Positions 58,101 to 64,000 of a stretch of DNA of 64,000 nucleotides are shown in pieces. The DNA is from Candidatus Kapaibacterium sp. (GTDB taxonomy: Bacteria > Bacteroidota > Ignavibacteria > Kapaibacteriales > WFXC01). Each line of letters starts with the position of its first letter. The first letter of the stretch is position 1. The DNA lies in the NCBI GenBank assembly GCA_026996895.1, contig JALWJX010000082.1, positions 38,031 to 102,030 on the forward strand, given 5' to 3'. Under the pieces are notes generated by a model, which saw only the letters and a list, made by a program, of their open reading frames with translations, was not told the origin of the DNA and did not search any database. The translations under genes were made by a program, and so were the position numbers.

Positions 58101-58246
58101 AACAACTGGCAACTCTGCAGCAGGTGCTGGAGCAGGACAGGAAACGCCAGGCGGAAGTAACAGCGCTGCGGCAGGTAGTGCTCCAGCTGCAGCAGCAAAT
58201 CGAACAGCTCCAGCAGCAACTCAAAGTGACACAGAGCCAGCAGTAG
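52142..58246 (+). CDS. Giant secreted repeat protein 2 (2034 aa), a paralog of 31416-39587 with the same module types, Gly-rich 14-mer blocks and a C-terminal S74-like chaperone domain plus Gln-rich coiled coil.
   Basis: It has a signal peptide (MMAQLWKPRLNTVLLTIALWTVCIIAGWSQ). Modules read NAWSLTGNAGTDPATNFLGTTDNQPLVIRTNNTEVMRV. Gly-rich repeats read STVGGGQGNVASGQNSTLGGG. The C-terminus reads STPETKIVLGTLDAEALEEYLRQFKQLPIYKWQR...IQGIDLQGYIGFLHTVVKAQQQILEQQQAAIQQL. Confidence 0.8.
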   Translation: MMAQLWKPRLNTVLLTIALWTVCIIAGWSQTVFREGGIPRMVIATTGNVGIGTTTPSITALLELSSTSAGILIPRLTQAERDAINSPALWLLIFNTTAQQFEYWNGSQWIPLISATSLTSSSWSLTGNAGTDPATNFLGTTDNQPLVIRTNNTEVMRVTTTGNVGIGTSAPGYRLHLAADGMIYAEGTFGAGATVPPGAKTAFIWNPRKAAIRAGQVTGNQWDDANVGNYSVAFGYANTASGAGSTVGGGQGNVASGQNSTLGGGYLNTASGNWSTVGGGYQNTASGVTSTIGGGLSNTASDYYSTVGGGQQNIASGTGSTVSGGVQNTASGHYSTVSGGFYNTASGYSSIVSGGRNNTAGGDYSWAGGGYMYLSAAADRTFVWGYATVTTAITASDAFLIGPYGNSYRVGINVLNPAAALHVNVGSWSYPLRVEGLPTTSASSTVLVSDAAGIVYTTSASALAASNAWSLTGNAGTDPTTNFLGTIDNRPLVIRTNNTEVMRVTTTGNVGVGTVTPTVKLHVKAVSNPLRLEGLQPLSNASTILAVDGSGVVYTTSASSLASASAWNITGNSGTDPATNFLGTTDNQPLVIRTNNVERMRITVNGYVGIGTDTPGEMLDIVGNSDADLNLTSFGSSISTIHMRRALGSKSSPAPVTNNNNLGGVEGLGYDGTQYVRAAGIDFQVDGPVTANVVPGRIVFRVRRQGSTSWGGEEQVFIKNDGKVGIRVAHPTHRLHVVAETGEDPLRLEGLRTTTATVDLLVATASGSVHTSNVQSLVGTVAWLLTGNAGTDPATNFLGTTDNQPLIIKVNNTQALRIDPNSVSPNIIGGYSGNSIASSVVGAIISGGGKTAGTNQVTDNYGVVGGGAGNRAGNNSGTTTDAAYATVGGGYVNIASGQYSMVGGGQSNVASGNHTVVAGGYNNHAIGSYTAVGGGINNSANGNYGIVSGGELNNASGSYSTISGGKSNIASGQYSVIGGGINNVASNTYSTVGGGSGNQASSWASTVGGGQGNTAGGNGGTISGGENNTINAVLGTIGGGQGNTVSGDRGTIAGGQNNAVNGIAGTIGGGQGNTAGGNGSTIAGGQSNTASSSYSSIGGGINNSANGNNSTVGGGELNSASGSHSTVGGGKSNAAGGSYSTIGGGINNAAENNYSAVVGGQNNKARGWYSTIGGGGDNSVSGRYSTISGGRGNTVAGDYGWAGGRGMYAVSSADRTFVWGYATATTAITVSDAFLIGPYGNSYRVGINILNPTAALHVNAGTWSYPLRVEGLPSTSASSTVLVSDASGIIYTTSASSLVGSNVWLLTGNAGTNPASNFLGTTDNQPLSIRSNNQEVVRISTSGVQMLHHNTTSVLSIGPNQRVKIQEYQPHSGTDIGAPVWGRGRISVGGTVITGFWPAVKFNTYWNPAVSQNVHITTGSAFVINHEQDPAANNLVIYYSPYRSAGQQFQYNIGLALTTSGNVGVGTDTPTAKLHISATSAPLRLEGLQATSATTTLLAADGQGVVYATNASSLINNQAWSLFGNSGTDPAVNFVGTIDAQPLVFRTGNVERARITTAGHLGIGTSNPGWLLDVAGTVHFGTSGNFGTIIADMQAANLYAGGLQVRKRGATGDANAAVVDGSEIGYHDFWGWDGNNYKRLAYVLVTAHGNITPGSGGGDYAIVTRDPTTNTEETRLFIDARGYVGIGTTTPLRRLVVGNDDINGISLEEGTSPNAGYLRFGDNTGWKFHIGRSRESTSGPLNISTTGVLVTIQDDGNVGIGNTAPPATLTITNAIELRGSGNVSSVESDILFTYSGGIAAQNSLYFFIDADNNDDDTRAFRFRRNGETISSTNTEDLMVIRESGKVGIGVGNPSNILTIVQNSSTDPIADAWTTYSTPETKIVLGTLDAEALEEYLRQFKQLPIYKWQRTESEPIRVSAMAEPGTPSEIMAYDEKGEIQGIDLQGYIGFLHTVVKAQQQILEQQQAAIQQLQTSTQRQQTEIQQLRQQLATLQQVLEQDRKRQAEVTALRQVVLQLQQQIEQLQQQLKVTQSQQ

Positions 58247-58284
58247 AGGAGAAACCCGCGCCTGCAAGCACACGTGTACCCAGC

Positions 58285-58445
58285 AGGAAAGCGCTTCTTA
58301 GGATGCATTCTCTGCCGACGAAAGTCGGCGCTCCCGGTGGGGTTCACTGGAAACGCACGCTTTAGTGGGCGTTCACTGGGAACGCACCCTTGAGGGTGCA
58401 CTCTCTTTGCCGGCTAAAGTCGGCGCTCCCGGTAGAGTGCTTGTT
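58285..58445. repeat. REP-like hairpin repeat cluster between the convergent fiber-2 and TauE genes.
   Basis: tgccgacgaaagtcggcgctcccgg and tgccggctaaagtcggcgctcccgg flank ggaaacgcacgcttt and gggaacgcaccctt modules. Confidence 0.6.
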
Positions 58446-58446
58446 G

Positions 58447-59202
58447 CTACCACTGGGTATACAAAAAGTAGAGGGCAAAGAGCAGGATCGTGGTACCGTA
58501 GATGCGTTCCAGCACCTGATTCCGCAACCGAATGGCGATCCGTGCTCCCCAGTAGCCAAAGGGGATCACAATCGCGGCAAGCAGTCCGGCAACGACAGGA
58601 TCGATATGCTGCAACAGGAAATGCGTAACCGTAGATGGAATGGCAAAGCCGGCAACACAGAGCAGCGATGTTGCTAATGCCTGCTTCAACGGCAATCGCA
58701 GCAATCGGACAAAGGCAGGCACCATCACAATGCCCCCCCCAATCGCTAAAAACCCGGAGAGGAAACCCGCCACCATCCCGGTCACCAGGACGTTCAAGGT
58801 CGTCACGTTTGGTTCCTGTTCCACTCTCCCCTGCAAAATCCAGCCGCGGATAAAGAACATCGCGCCCGTTCCAAACAAAAACACTGCGGTGAGAATCATC
58901 AACAACTTCCCGCTCACCCATTCCGTAGCGTATGCGCCAAACACGTTGGCAGGAATTCCTACCAGCAACGTCATTCGAGCAACGCGCCAGTGAACCAGTT
59001 TCCTCCGGGAATACGCCACAGCACCAGCGACGGCTGACGGAATGGCAACTGGGATGGGGGTTCCCAGCGCCAGCAACGGCGGTAATGCCAGAAAAATTCG
59101 GAGCAAAGGGGTGGATAAAAGCGCGCCACCGATGCCAAATAATCCAGAGCTCAATCCCACAACAGCACCGATCCATAGAATGTGGTACCACTGTGGCGGC
59201 AT
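58447..59202 (-). CDS. TauE/SafE-family anion exporter (sulfite-exporter-like membrane protein).
   Basis: The two internal repeats have glycine-rich motifs (GLFGIGGALLSTPLL and LAIGGGIVMVPAFV) typical of TauE/SafE. Confidence 0.7.
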   Translation of the reverse strand: MPPQWYHILWIGAVVGLSSGLFGIGGALLSTPLLRIFLALPPLLALGTPIPVAIPSAVAGAVAYSRRKLVHWRVARMTLLVGIPANVFGAYATEWVSGKLLMILTAVFLFGTGAMFFIRGWILQGRVEQEPNVTTLNVLVTGMVAGFLSGFLAIGGGIVMVPAFVRLLRLPLKQALATSLLCVAGFAIPSTVTHFLLQHIDPVVAGLLAAIVIPFGYWGARIAIRLRNQVLERIYGTTILLFALYFLYTQW

Positions 59203-60656
59203 CAGAGTTGCTCAATAGCAATCATATTCGTGCGCACCTTTTGTTGCAGCGGTCGACCCAGCGTAATCACTACTCTTGACCCTTTCGGAAAGAACTCTGC
59301 TGCCAATCGTTGTTTGATCTGCTCAATAGCTTCATCGGTATTGGTAAACTTCGGAAAGAGCAATGGAACGACCCCCCATAGTAATTTGACCCGCCGGGCA
59401 ATGGTCTGATCATAGGTCACCGCAAACAGGGATGGCTGAGGACGTTGTGCCGCCACCTGACGCAGTGTCTCCCCGCTATAGGTCAAAATTGCCAGTGCCG
59501 CAACGGGCAAATTCCGGGCGATTTCCACCGCTGCTCTGGCAATGGCAATGGGCCGTTGATCTCTGGTTGACCATCCTTTGGGCTCGCTGCGCGGATGCCA
59601 CTGTGGCAATTCCCGTTCAGCGGCAGAACAAATCATCCGCATATATGCCACTGCTTCCACGGGATATGCCCCAACGGAAGTTTCTGCGCTGAGCATTACC
59701 ACATCCGTTCCGTCCAGCACAGCATTGGCAACATCGCTGGCTTCTGCCCGTGTTGGACGCGGATTGTGCACCATCGATTCCAGCATCTGTGTTGCGGTAA
59801 TGACCAGCTTTGCCCGCTCATTGCACATCCGAATAATGCGCTTCTGCACGATCGGCACTTCCGCCGCCGGAATTTCCACGCCCAGATCGCCACGGGCGAT
59901 CATAATACCGTCAGACACGTGGAGGATTGCCTCAATGTTATTGACCGCTTCCGGCTTTTCAATTTTTGCAATCAACCACGGCTCAACCGCTGGCTGCTGG
60001 CGGTGAATGAACCGGCGAACCGCCTGCACATCTTTCTCACTGCGAACAAAGGAAATCGCAATGTAATCACACTGATGTTCCAGCGCAAAGCGAACATCCC
60101 GGCGATCCTTGGGAGTAAAAGCAGGCAGTGTCAACGCTACTCCCGGCACATTGATCCCTTTGCGGGACTTCAGGATACCACCGTCTATTACCACCGCCTT
60201 CACAATGCCATTGCGCACCTGCTCAACCCGTACCTGAAGCAAACCGTCATCAAACAGCAGGACATTGCCTGGCTTAACATCCTGGGCTAAGGTTGGAAAC
60301 TGCAACGGGATAACATCCAAAGGTTTGCCCAGCTCCTGCCACTTTCGCACACTGGCAAAGTACACCGGCTTTCCGGGGCGCAGCATCACTTCCCCATTGG
60401 GCAAATCTCCAACCCGCAGTTTTGGACCCTGAATATCCGCAACGATGGGAATTACAATGTTGAGCTCTTTCTCCAGCGACCGGATCAGCTCGATTATGCG
60501 GGCGTGCATCTCGTGATTGCCGTGGGACATATTGAGGCGGAATGCAGAAGCACCTGCTTCCAGCACCGCTCGCAACTTTTCCTTCGACGCAATCGCAGGA
60601 CCCACAGTACATAGAATCTTCGTGCGGTACGTAACCGCCGGTGCTTTTCGCATCAT
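59202..60656 (-). CDS. pyk: Pyruvate kinase.
   Basis: It has the N-terminal TKILCTVGPA, the MSHGNHEMH region, the K+/Mg site MIARGDLGVEIP and a C-terminal allosteric domain. Confidence 0.9.
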   Translation of the reverse strand: MMRKAPAVTYRTKILCTVGPAIASKEKLRAVLEAGASAFRLNMSHGNHEMHARIIELIRSLEKELNIVIPIVADIQGPKLRVGDLPNGEVMLRPGKPVYFASVRKWQELGKPLDVIPLQFPTLAQDVKPGNVLLFDDGLLQVRVEQVRNGIVKAVVIDGGILKSRKGINVPGVALTLPAFTPKDRRDVRFALEHQCDYIAISFVRSEKDVQAVRRFIHRQQPAVEPWLIAKIEKPEAVNNIEAILHVSDGIMIARGDLGVEIPAAEVPIVQKRIIRMCNERAKLVITATQMLESMVHNPRPTRAEASDVANAVLDGTDVVMLSAETSVGAYPVEAVAYMRMICSAAERELPQWHPRSEPKGWSTRDQRPIAIARAAVEIARNLPVAALAILTYSGETLRQVAAQRPQPSLFAVTYDQTIARRVKLLWGVVPLLFPKFTNTDEAIEQIKQRLAAEFFPKGSRVVITLGRPLQQKVRTNMIAIEQL

Positions 60657-60659
60657 TTA

Positions 60660-61559
60660 CTATGAACGTTCTTTCGCTGTGATACCAGAATGGGGTGATT
60701 GTACGGCATCCGTTGCCCATAGCAGCTTTTCTTTCAGCAAATCGTAATACGTTCGAGTTTTCTGCCGCAGCAATTTGAACGCATACCGGGATTTATACAG
60801 CGGGACTCGCTGATTATTGCCCAGGGGCTGGACGACCATCCCATCTGCCAGCAATTGTACGTGTCCCGATTCCGAAAACGGCTCCACCGCGATCTCGACG
60901 CTATCAGGAACGACTAATGGGCGAACCGTCAGCGAATGTGGTGCCACAGGAGTGATGCAAAAGACATCGCACGACGGGGCAATAATCGGTCCTCCGCTGG
61001 CAAGAGAATACGCCGTTGATCCTGTTGGGGTAGAGACAATCAGCGCATCGGCGCGATAGCTGGAAATCAACTTGCCGTCGATGTATGCTTTGACCGTAAT
61101 CATCCGGGAAAAATCCTGCTTGTGCACGACAAAGTCGTTCAACGCATACGCCACCTGATCGTTAATTCGGCATTCCAGCACTGACCGATGCTCAATGATG
61201 TAGTCACCTGTCAACACTGCTGAAATAGCGGCATCCAGTTGTTCAACGGAAAACTCTGCCAGAAATCCCAGTTTGCCAATGTTGATTCCCATCACAGGCA
61301 AAGCGCTTTTGAGAAAAATATGGCACGCTTTCAGCATTGTACCATCACCACCAAAGGACATCACGACGTCGGCAAAGCGCTCAAACTCCTCAAACGGCAG
61401 CACTTTCACATATTCTCGAACGGTGCTGCTCAACCGGCGCGCTGCTTCAGGATCGATGCAGCACGGTACATCCAGCGATTGGAGCATTTGAATAGCCTGT
61501 TCAACCGCTTCCAGCGCCTGCGGTTTGCCAAGGTGGACGAATAATCCGATACGTCTCAT
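60660..61559 (-). CDS. nadK: NAD(+) kinase.
   Basis: It has the GGDGTMLKA motif, the NDFVV segment and the GSTAYSLASGGPI motif. Confidence 0.85.
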   Translation of the reverse strand: MRRIGLFVHLGKPQALEAVEQAIQMLQSLDVPCCIDPEAARRLSSTVREYVKVLPFEEFERFADVVMSFGGDGTMLKACHIFLKSALPVMGINIGKLGFLAEFSVEQLDAAISAVLTGDYIIEHRSVLECRINDQVAYALNDFVVHKQDFSRMITVKAYIDGKLISSYRADALIVSTPTGSTAYSLASGGPIIAPSCDVFCITPVAPHSLTVRPLVVPDSVEIAVEPFSESGHVQLLADGMVVQPLGNNQRVPLYKSRYAFKLLRQKTRTYYDLLKEKLLWATDAVQSPHSGITAKERS

Positions 61560-61918
61560 TGTTCCGCCGATGACTCTGACGATGAAGACGCTTCTGGCGT
61601 CGCTGATGGAGGAGAAGATGGGGTATCCGATCCAGACTCAGCCGATGTTTGCGCAGCCTGCTGCGCCTGCCGTTCTTTTTCCAGCGCATAGTTAACGCGC
61701 AACACGTGCAGCGCATCCTGAAGAATGCGCTTTTCGGTCTCAGAAAGATTCCCCTGTGTCTTTTCCTCCAGCAACGCCAGCACTTCAATCGAAATTTTCG
61801 CCAGGCGCAAATCCACCTGGGTTTGCCCCGTCAGTGGATTCTGCAATTTTCCCAGGCCGATCATTCCCTGCGTGTAAAATTGCTGAACCAATTCTTCCCA
61901 CCGCATCATACCAACCAT
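61556..61918 (-). CDS. Small conserved hypothetical protein (possibly DUF1844-like) with an acidic Ser-rich tail.
   Basis: The pattern LGKLQNPLTGQTQVDLRLAKISIEVLALLEEKTQGNLSETEKRILQDALHVLRVNY resembles, as I recall it, the DUF1844 family. It is translationally coupled to nadK. Confidence 0.4.
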   Translation of the reverse strand: MVGMMRWEELVQQFYTQGMIGLGKLQNPLTGQTQVDLRLAKISIEVLALLEEKTQGNLSETEKRILQDALHVLRVNYALEKERQAQQAAQTSAESGSDTPSSPPSATPEASSSSESSAEQ

Positions 61919-62865
61919 TTTGCTAATTCCACATACACCGATGGAACGATGCGACGATAGCGCTCCAGCGTTTCAAAGGGAACGAATGTCAACTGTCCCT
62001 GGTGCTGTCCTACATATCCATCGGTTTTCCCTTCCAGAAGGGCATCAACTGCTACCTTGCCCAGAAAACTGCCCAGAAGCCGATCCCGCACCGTCGGCGA
62101 TCCTCCCCGCTGAATATGTCCCAACAACGTTACTCGCGACTCAATGCCATACTGCTCTCGAAAATACTCCGCAAATGCCAGCGCGCCCCCTTTCTCGTCC
62201 CCTTCAGCAACGACAACAATCACTCGCCGATCCGGTCCAATGCGCTGAATTTCTTCGTATAGACTCTGAAAATCTGTTCGTTCCTCCGGTAGAGCAATAT
62301 ATTCTGCTCCTCCTGCAATGCCAGCATACAGGGCAATATAGCCCGACCACCGTCCCATTACCTCGACAAAAAAGATTCTGCCGTGCGACTCTGCTGTATC
62401 GCGAATTTTGTCAATCGCTTCCATTGCCGTATTGACTGCCGTATCAAACCCCAGCGATTCATCAATTCCCGGAATATCGTTATCGATAGTCGCAGGAACG
62501 CCAACAATGGGAATCTGATGTTCCTGCCACAACGTATGAGCTGCCTTGAACGAACCTTCTCCTCCGCAGATAATCACTCCCTCGATCCCCGCACGATGGA
62601 GCTGCTCTGCACACCGGGCGCGAACCGATGGGTGCAGAAAATCCGGGAATCGGGATGTTCCCAGAATCGTCCCACCACGTCCAATGATGTCAACCGTATC
62701 CAGCCGACCAAGTGGGATAAAATCGCCTGCCGCCAATCCCCGCAATCCGGAGCGGATGCCCTGCACCTCAATCCCCCTGCGCTCTGCGTAGCGTACCACC
62801 GCCCGAATACAGGCGTTCATCCCCGGCGCATCTCCTCCGCTGGTCAGCAAACCAATCCGCTGCAT
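61906..62865 (-). CDS. pfkA: 6-phosphofructokinase (PfkA family), copy 2.
   Basis: It has MQRIGLLTSGGDAPGMNACIRAVVR, VMGRWSG and ATIDNDI. The start is placed at MQRIGLL; the longest ORF extends to 62943. Confidence 0.85.
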   Translation of the reverse strand: MQRIGLLTSGGDAPGMNACIRAVVRYAERRGIEVQGIRSGLRGLAAGDFIPLGRLDTVDIIGRGGTILGTSRFPDFLHPSVRARCAEQLHRAGIEGVIICGGEGSFKAAHTLWQEHQIPIVGVPATIDNDIPGIDESLGFDTAVNTAMEAIDKIRDTAESHGRIFFVEVMGRWSGYIALYAGIAGGAEYIALPEERTDFQSLYEEIQRIGPDRRVIVVVAEGDEKGGALAFAEYFREQYGIESRVTLLGHIQRGGSPTVRDRLLGSFLGKVAVDALLEGKTDGYVGQHQGQLTFVPFETLERYRRIVPSVYVELAKWLV

Positions 62866-63262
62866 CCCCTTTCCGAACTCTAACCGCAAAAAGACAAATA
62901 TACAGAAAACCGTTTGGAGAGAGGATCGACTTTCAGCCAACATCTTTTCGTCTTAACATTTTTCTCTTGAGTCCCACCATTCCGCTCAATCGGTCGACAC
63001 AACAGACAGCGCTGTAAAAAAGCATCGAACGGCGCAACGCGCTACCTCCGTCAGGCGACTTTACATCGCTATCCTCTGTGCCTTTCTACTCCCAGCGTGT
63101 TGGTTGAGCACCTTCTTAATCTCCCTCGATTCTACGACTTCCACCACTGTTCTTCACAAAATAAACCCTCGCTCAGAACTTTAGGCTGAAATTCCAACAG
63201 CGACAAACTACAAGACTTCACAGCACGTTTGCATCATACCGAACAATACAAAGCGTACAAAG

Positions 63263-64000
63263 ATGTTGCAACGCATTGTACTTGGCGGATACAAATCAAT
63301 CCGAAACGTAGACCTGGAACTTCGCCCCATCAATATTCTCATTGGAGCCAACGGCTCAGGAAAATCCAATTTCATCAGCATTTTCCAGTTTATGAACCGC
63401 CTCGTCAACCAGGGAATGCAACGATACGTCGCTCAGGCAGGCGGCGCAAACCAACTGCTTCACTATGGACGCAAAGGAAGTGACCGCCTCTTCGTAGAAC
63501 TCTGGTTCCGCACGGACGAATCGCTTCTCAACGGCTATCGCTGCTCCCTGATCCCGACCGATGAAGACCTGCTCGTCTTCGAAGAAGAGTCTGCTGCTTT
63601 CCATAATCTCTCCGAGTACCCCGATCCCTATTGGTCAAAAGAGTCTCATACCGTGCACAGCGAAACGCTGTTACCTCAGTGGGTGGAGGAAGAAGACACC
63701 GTCTCGCGTTACGTGTTGCAAGCTCTGAAGTCCTGGCAAGTGTACCACTTCCACGATACAAGCCCATCAGCGCGAGTCAAACAAACCGGTGACATTTATG
63801 ACAACCTTTTCCTCCGCCCTGATGCCTCCAATCTGGCAGCGTATCTGTATCTACTCCAGGAACAATTCCCAAAACACTACCGGAACATTGTCGACACCAT
63901 TCGCCGGGTCGCCCCATTCTTCGGCAATTTCGTGCTCCGTCCATCTCCTTTGAATCCGGACACCATCCGGCTGGAGTGGCAGGAACGCGGTTCCGATATG
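63263..64000 (+). CDS. P-loop ATPase of the SMC/ABC-like AAA_15/AAA_21 type (partial; 3' end beyond the window). This ATPase type frequently occurs in defence systems.
   Basis: The ATG-initiated frame runs open to the window edge (MLQRIVLGGYKSIRNVDLELRPINILIGANGSGKSNFISIFQFMNRLV...). The Walker A motif GANGSGKS is embedded in the N-terminal pattern typical of these ATPases. Confidence 0.6.
   Translation, partial: MLQRIVLGGYKSIRNVDLELRPINILIGANGSGKSNFISIFQFMNRLVNQGMQRYVAQAGGANQLLHYGRKGSDRLFVELWFRTDESLLNGYRCSLIPTDEDLLVFEEESAAFHNLSEYPDPYWSKESHTVHSETLLPQWVEEEDTVSRYVLQALKSWQVYHFHDTSPSARVKQTGDIYDNLFLRPDASNLAAYLYLLQEQFPKHYRNIVDTIRRVAPFFGNFVLRPSPLNPDTIRLEWQERGSDM

Noticed and set aside
57520-58401. 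A 293-aa minus-strand ORF that overlaps the 3' end of fiber gene 2 and runs through the REP cluster.
   Set aside because: It is antisense to the Gln-rich coiled-coil coding region (hence Cys/Ser/Trp-rich nonsense), and its N-terminus is a translation of REP repeats (PTGSADFRRQRMHP). It is not a gene.
58373-59221. A 282-aa minus ORF overlapping the TauE gene in another frame.
   Set aside because: The TauE frame (58447-59202) has clear membrane-protein repeats and couples to pyk, whereas this alternative frame has no features and starts inside the REP cluster.
1-64000. Searched for transposases, integrases, phage structural genes, tRNAs and rRNA.
   Set aside because: No DDE or serine/tyrosine recombinase motifs, no phage capsid, portal or terminase-like ORFs and no tRNA-like cloverleaf candidates were recognised by eye. 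The S74-like domains occur only at the C-termini of the host giant proteins.

Overview
This 64-kb chromosomal window appears to come from a moderately GC-rich bacterium of the FCB group. The evidence is Bacteroidetes/Chlorobi/Ignavibacteria-style features: type IX secretion (T9SS) C-terminal sorting tails, a PorV/PorQ-like outer-membrane protein, a TonB-dependent receptor with a carboxypeptidase-regulatory-like N-terminus, and SBBP beta-propeller repeats. Housekeeping genes are interspersed: accB/accC, folK/folB, hutI, two pfk paralogs, pyk, nadK, a clpB truncated to 441 aa, and a GT4-GT9-GT4 glycosyltransferase cluster. No transposases, integrases, tRNAs or CRISPR arrays were recognised. The most unusual content is two paralogous loci encoding giant secreted repeat proteins (about 2,720 aa at 31416-39587 and 2,034 aa at 52142-58246). 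Each has a signal peptide, many near-identical ~95-aa modules, YadA-head-like glycine-rich 14-mer repeat blocks, and a C-terminal region that looks like the phage tail-fiber/endosialidase intramolecular chaperone (peptidase S74) domain followed by a Gln-rich coiled coil. Both loci are preceded, 60-70 nt upstream of the first gene, by an identical 23-nt palindrome-containing motif (aaattacgtaattttacgtattg), which points to a shared operator. Other points: a hairpin-forming REP-like repeat family sits between three convergent gene pairs; a type VII MntA/HepT toxin-antitoxin pair lies next to the clpB truncation and a 73-aa gene remnant; a tandem pair of M14 carboxypeptidases with Asp-rich calcium-loop inserts lies divergent from a KamA-family radical SAM gene; and the last gene in the window, cut off at its 3' end, encodes a P-loop ATPase of the kind seen in defence systems. 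All calls are made by eye from motifs and translated ORFs, with no database searches.
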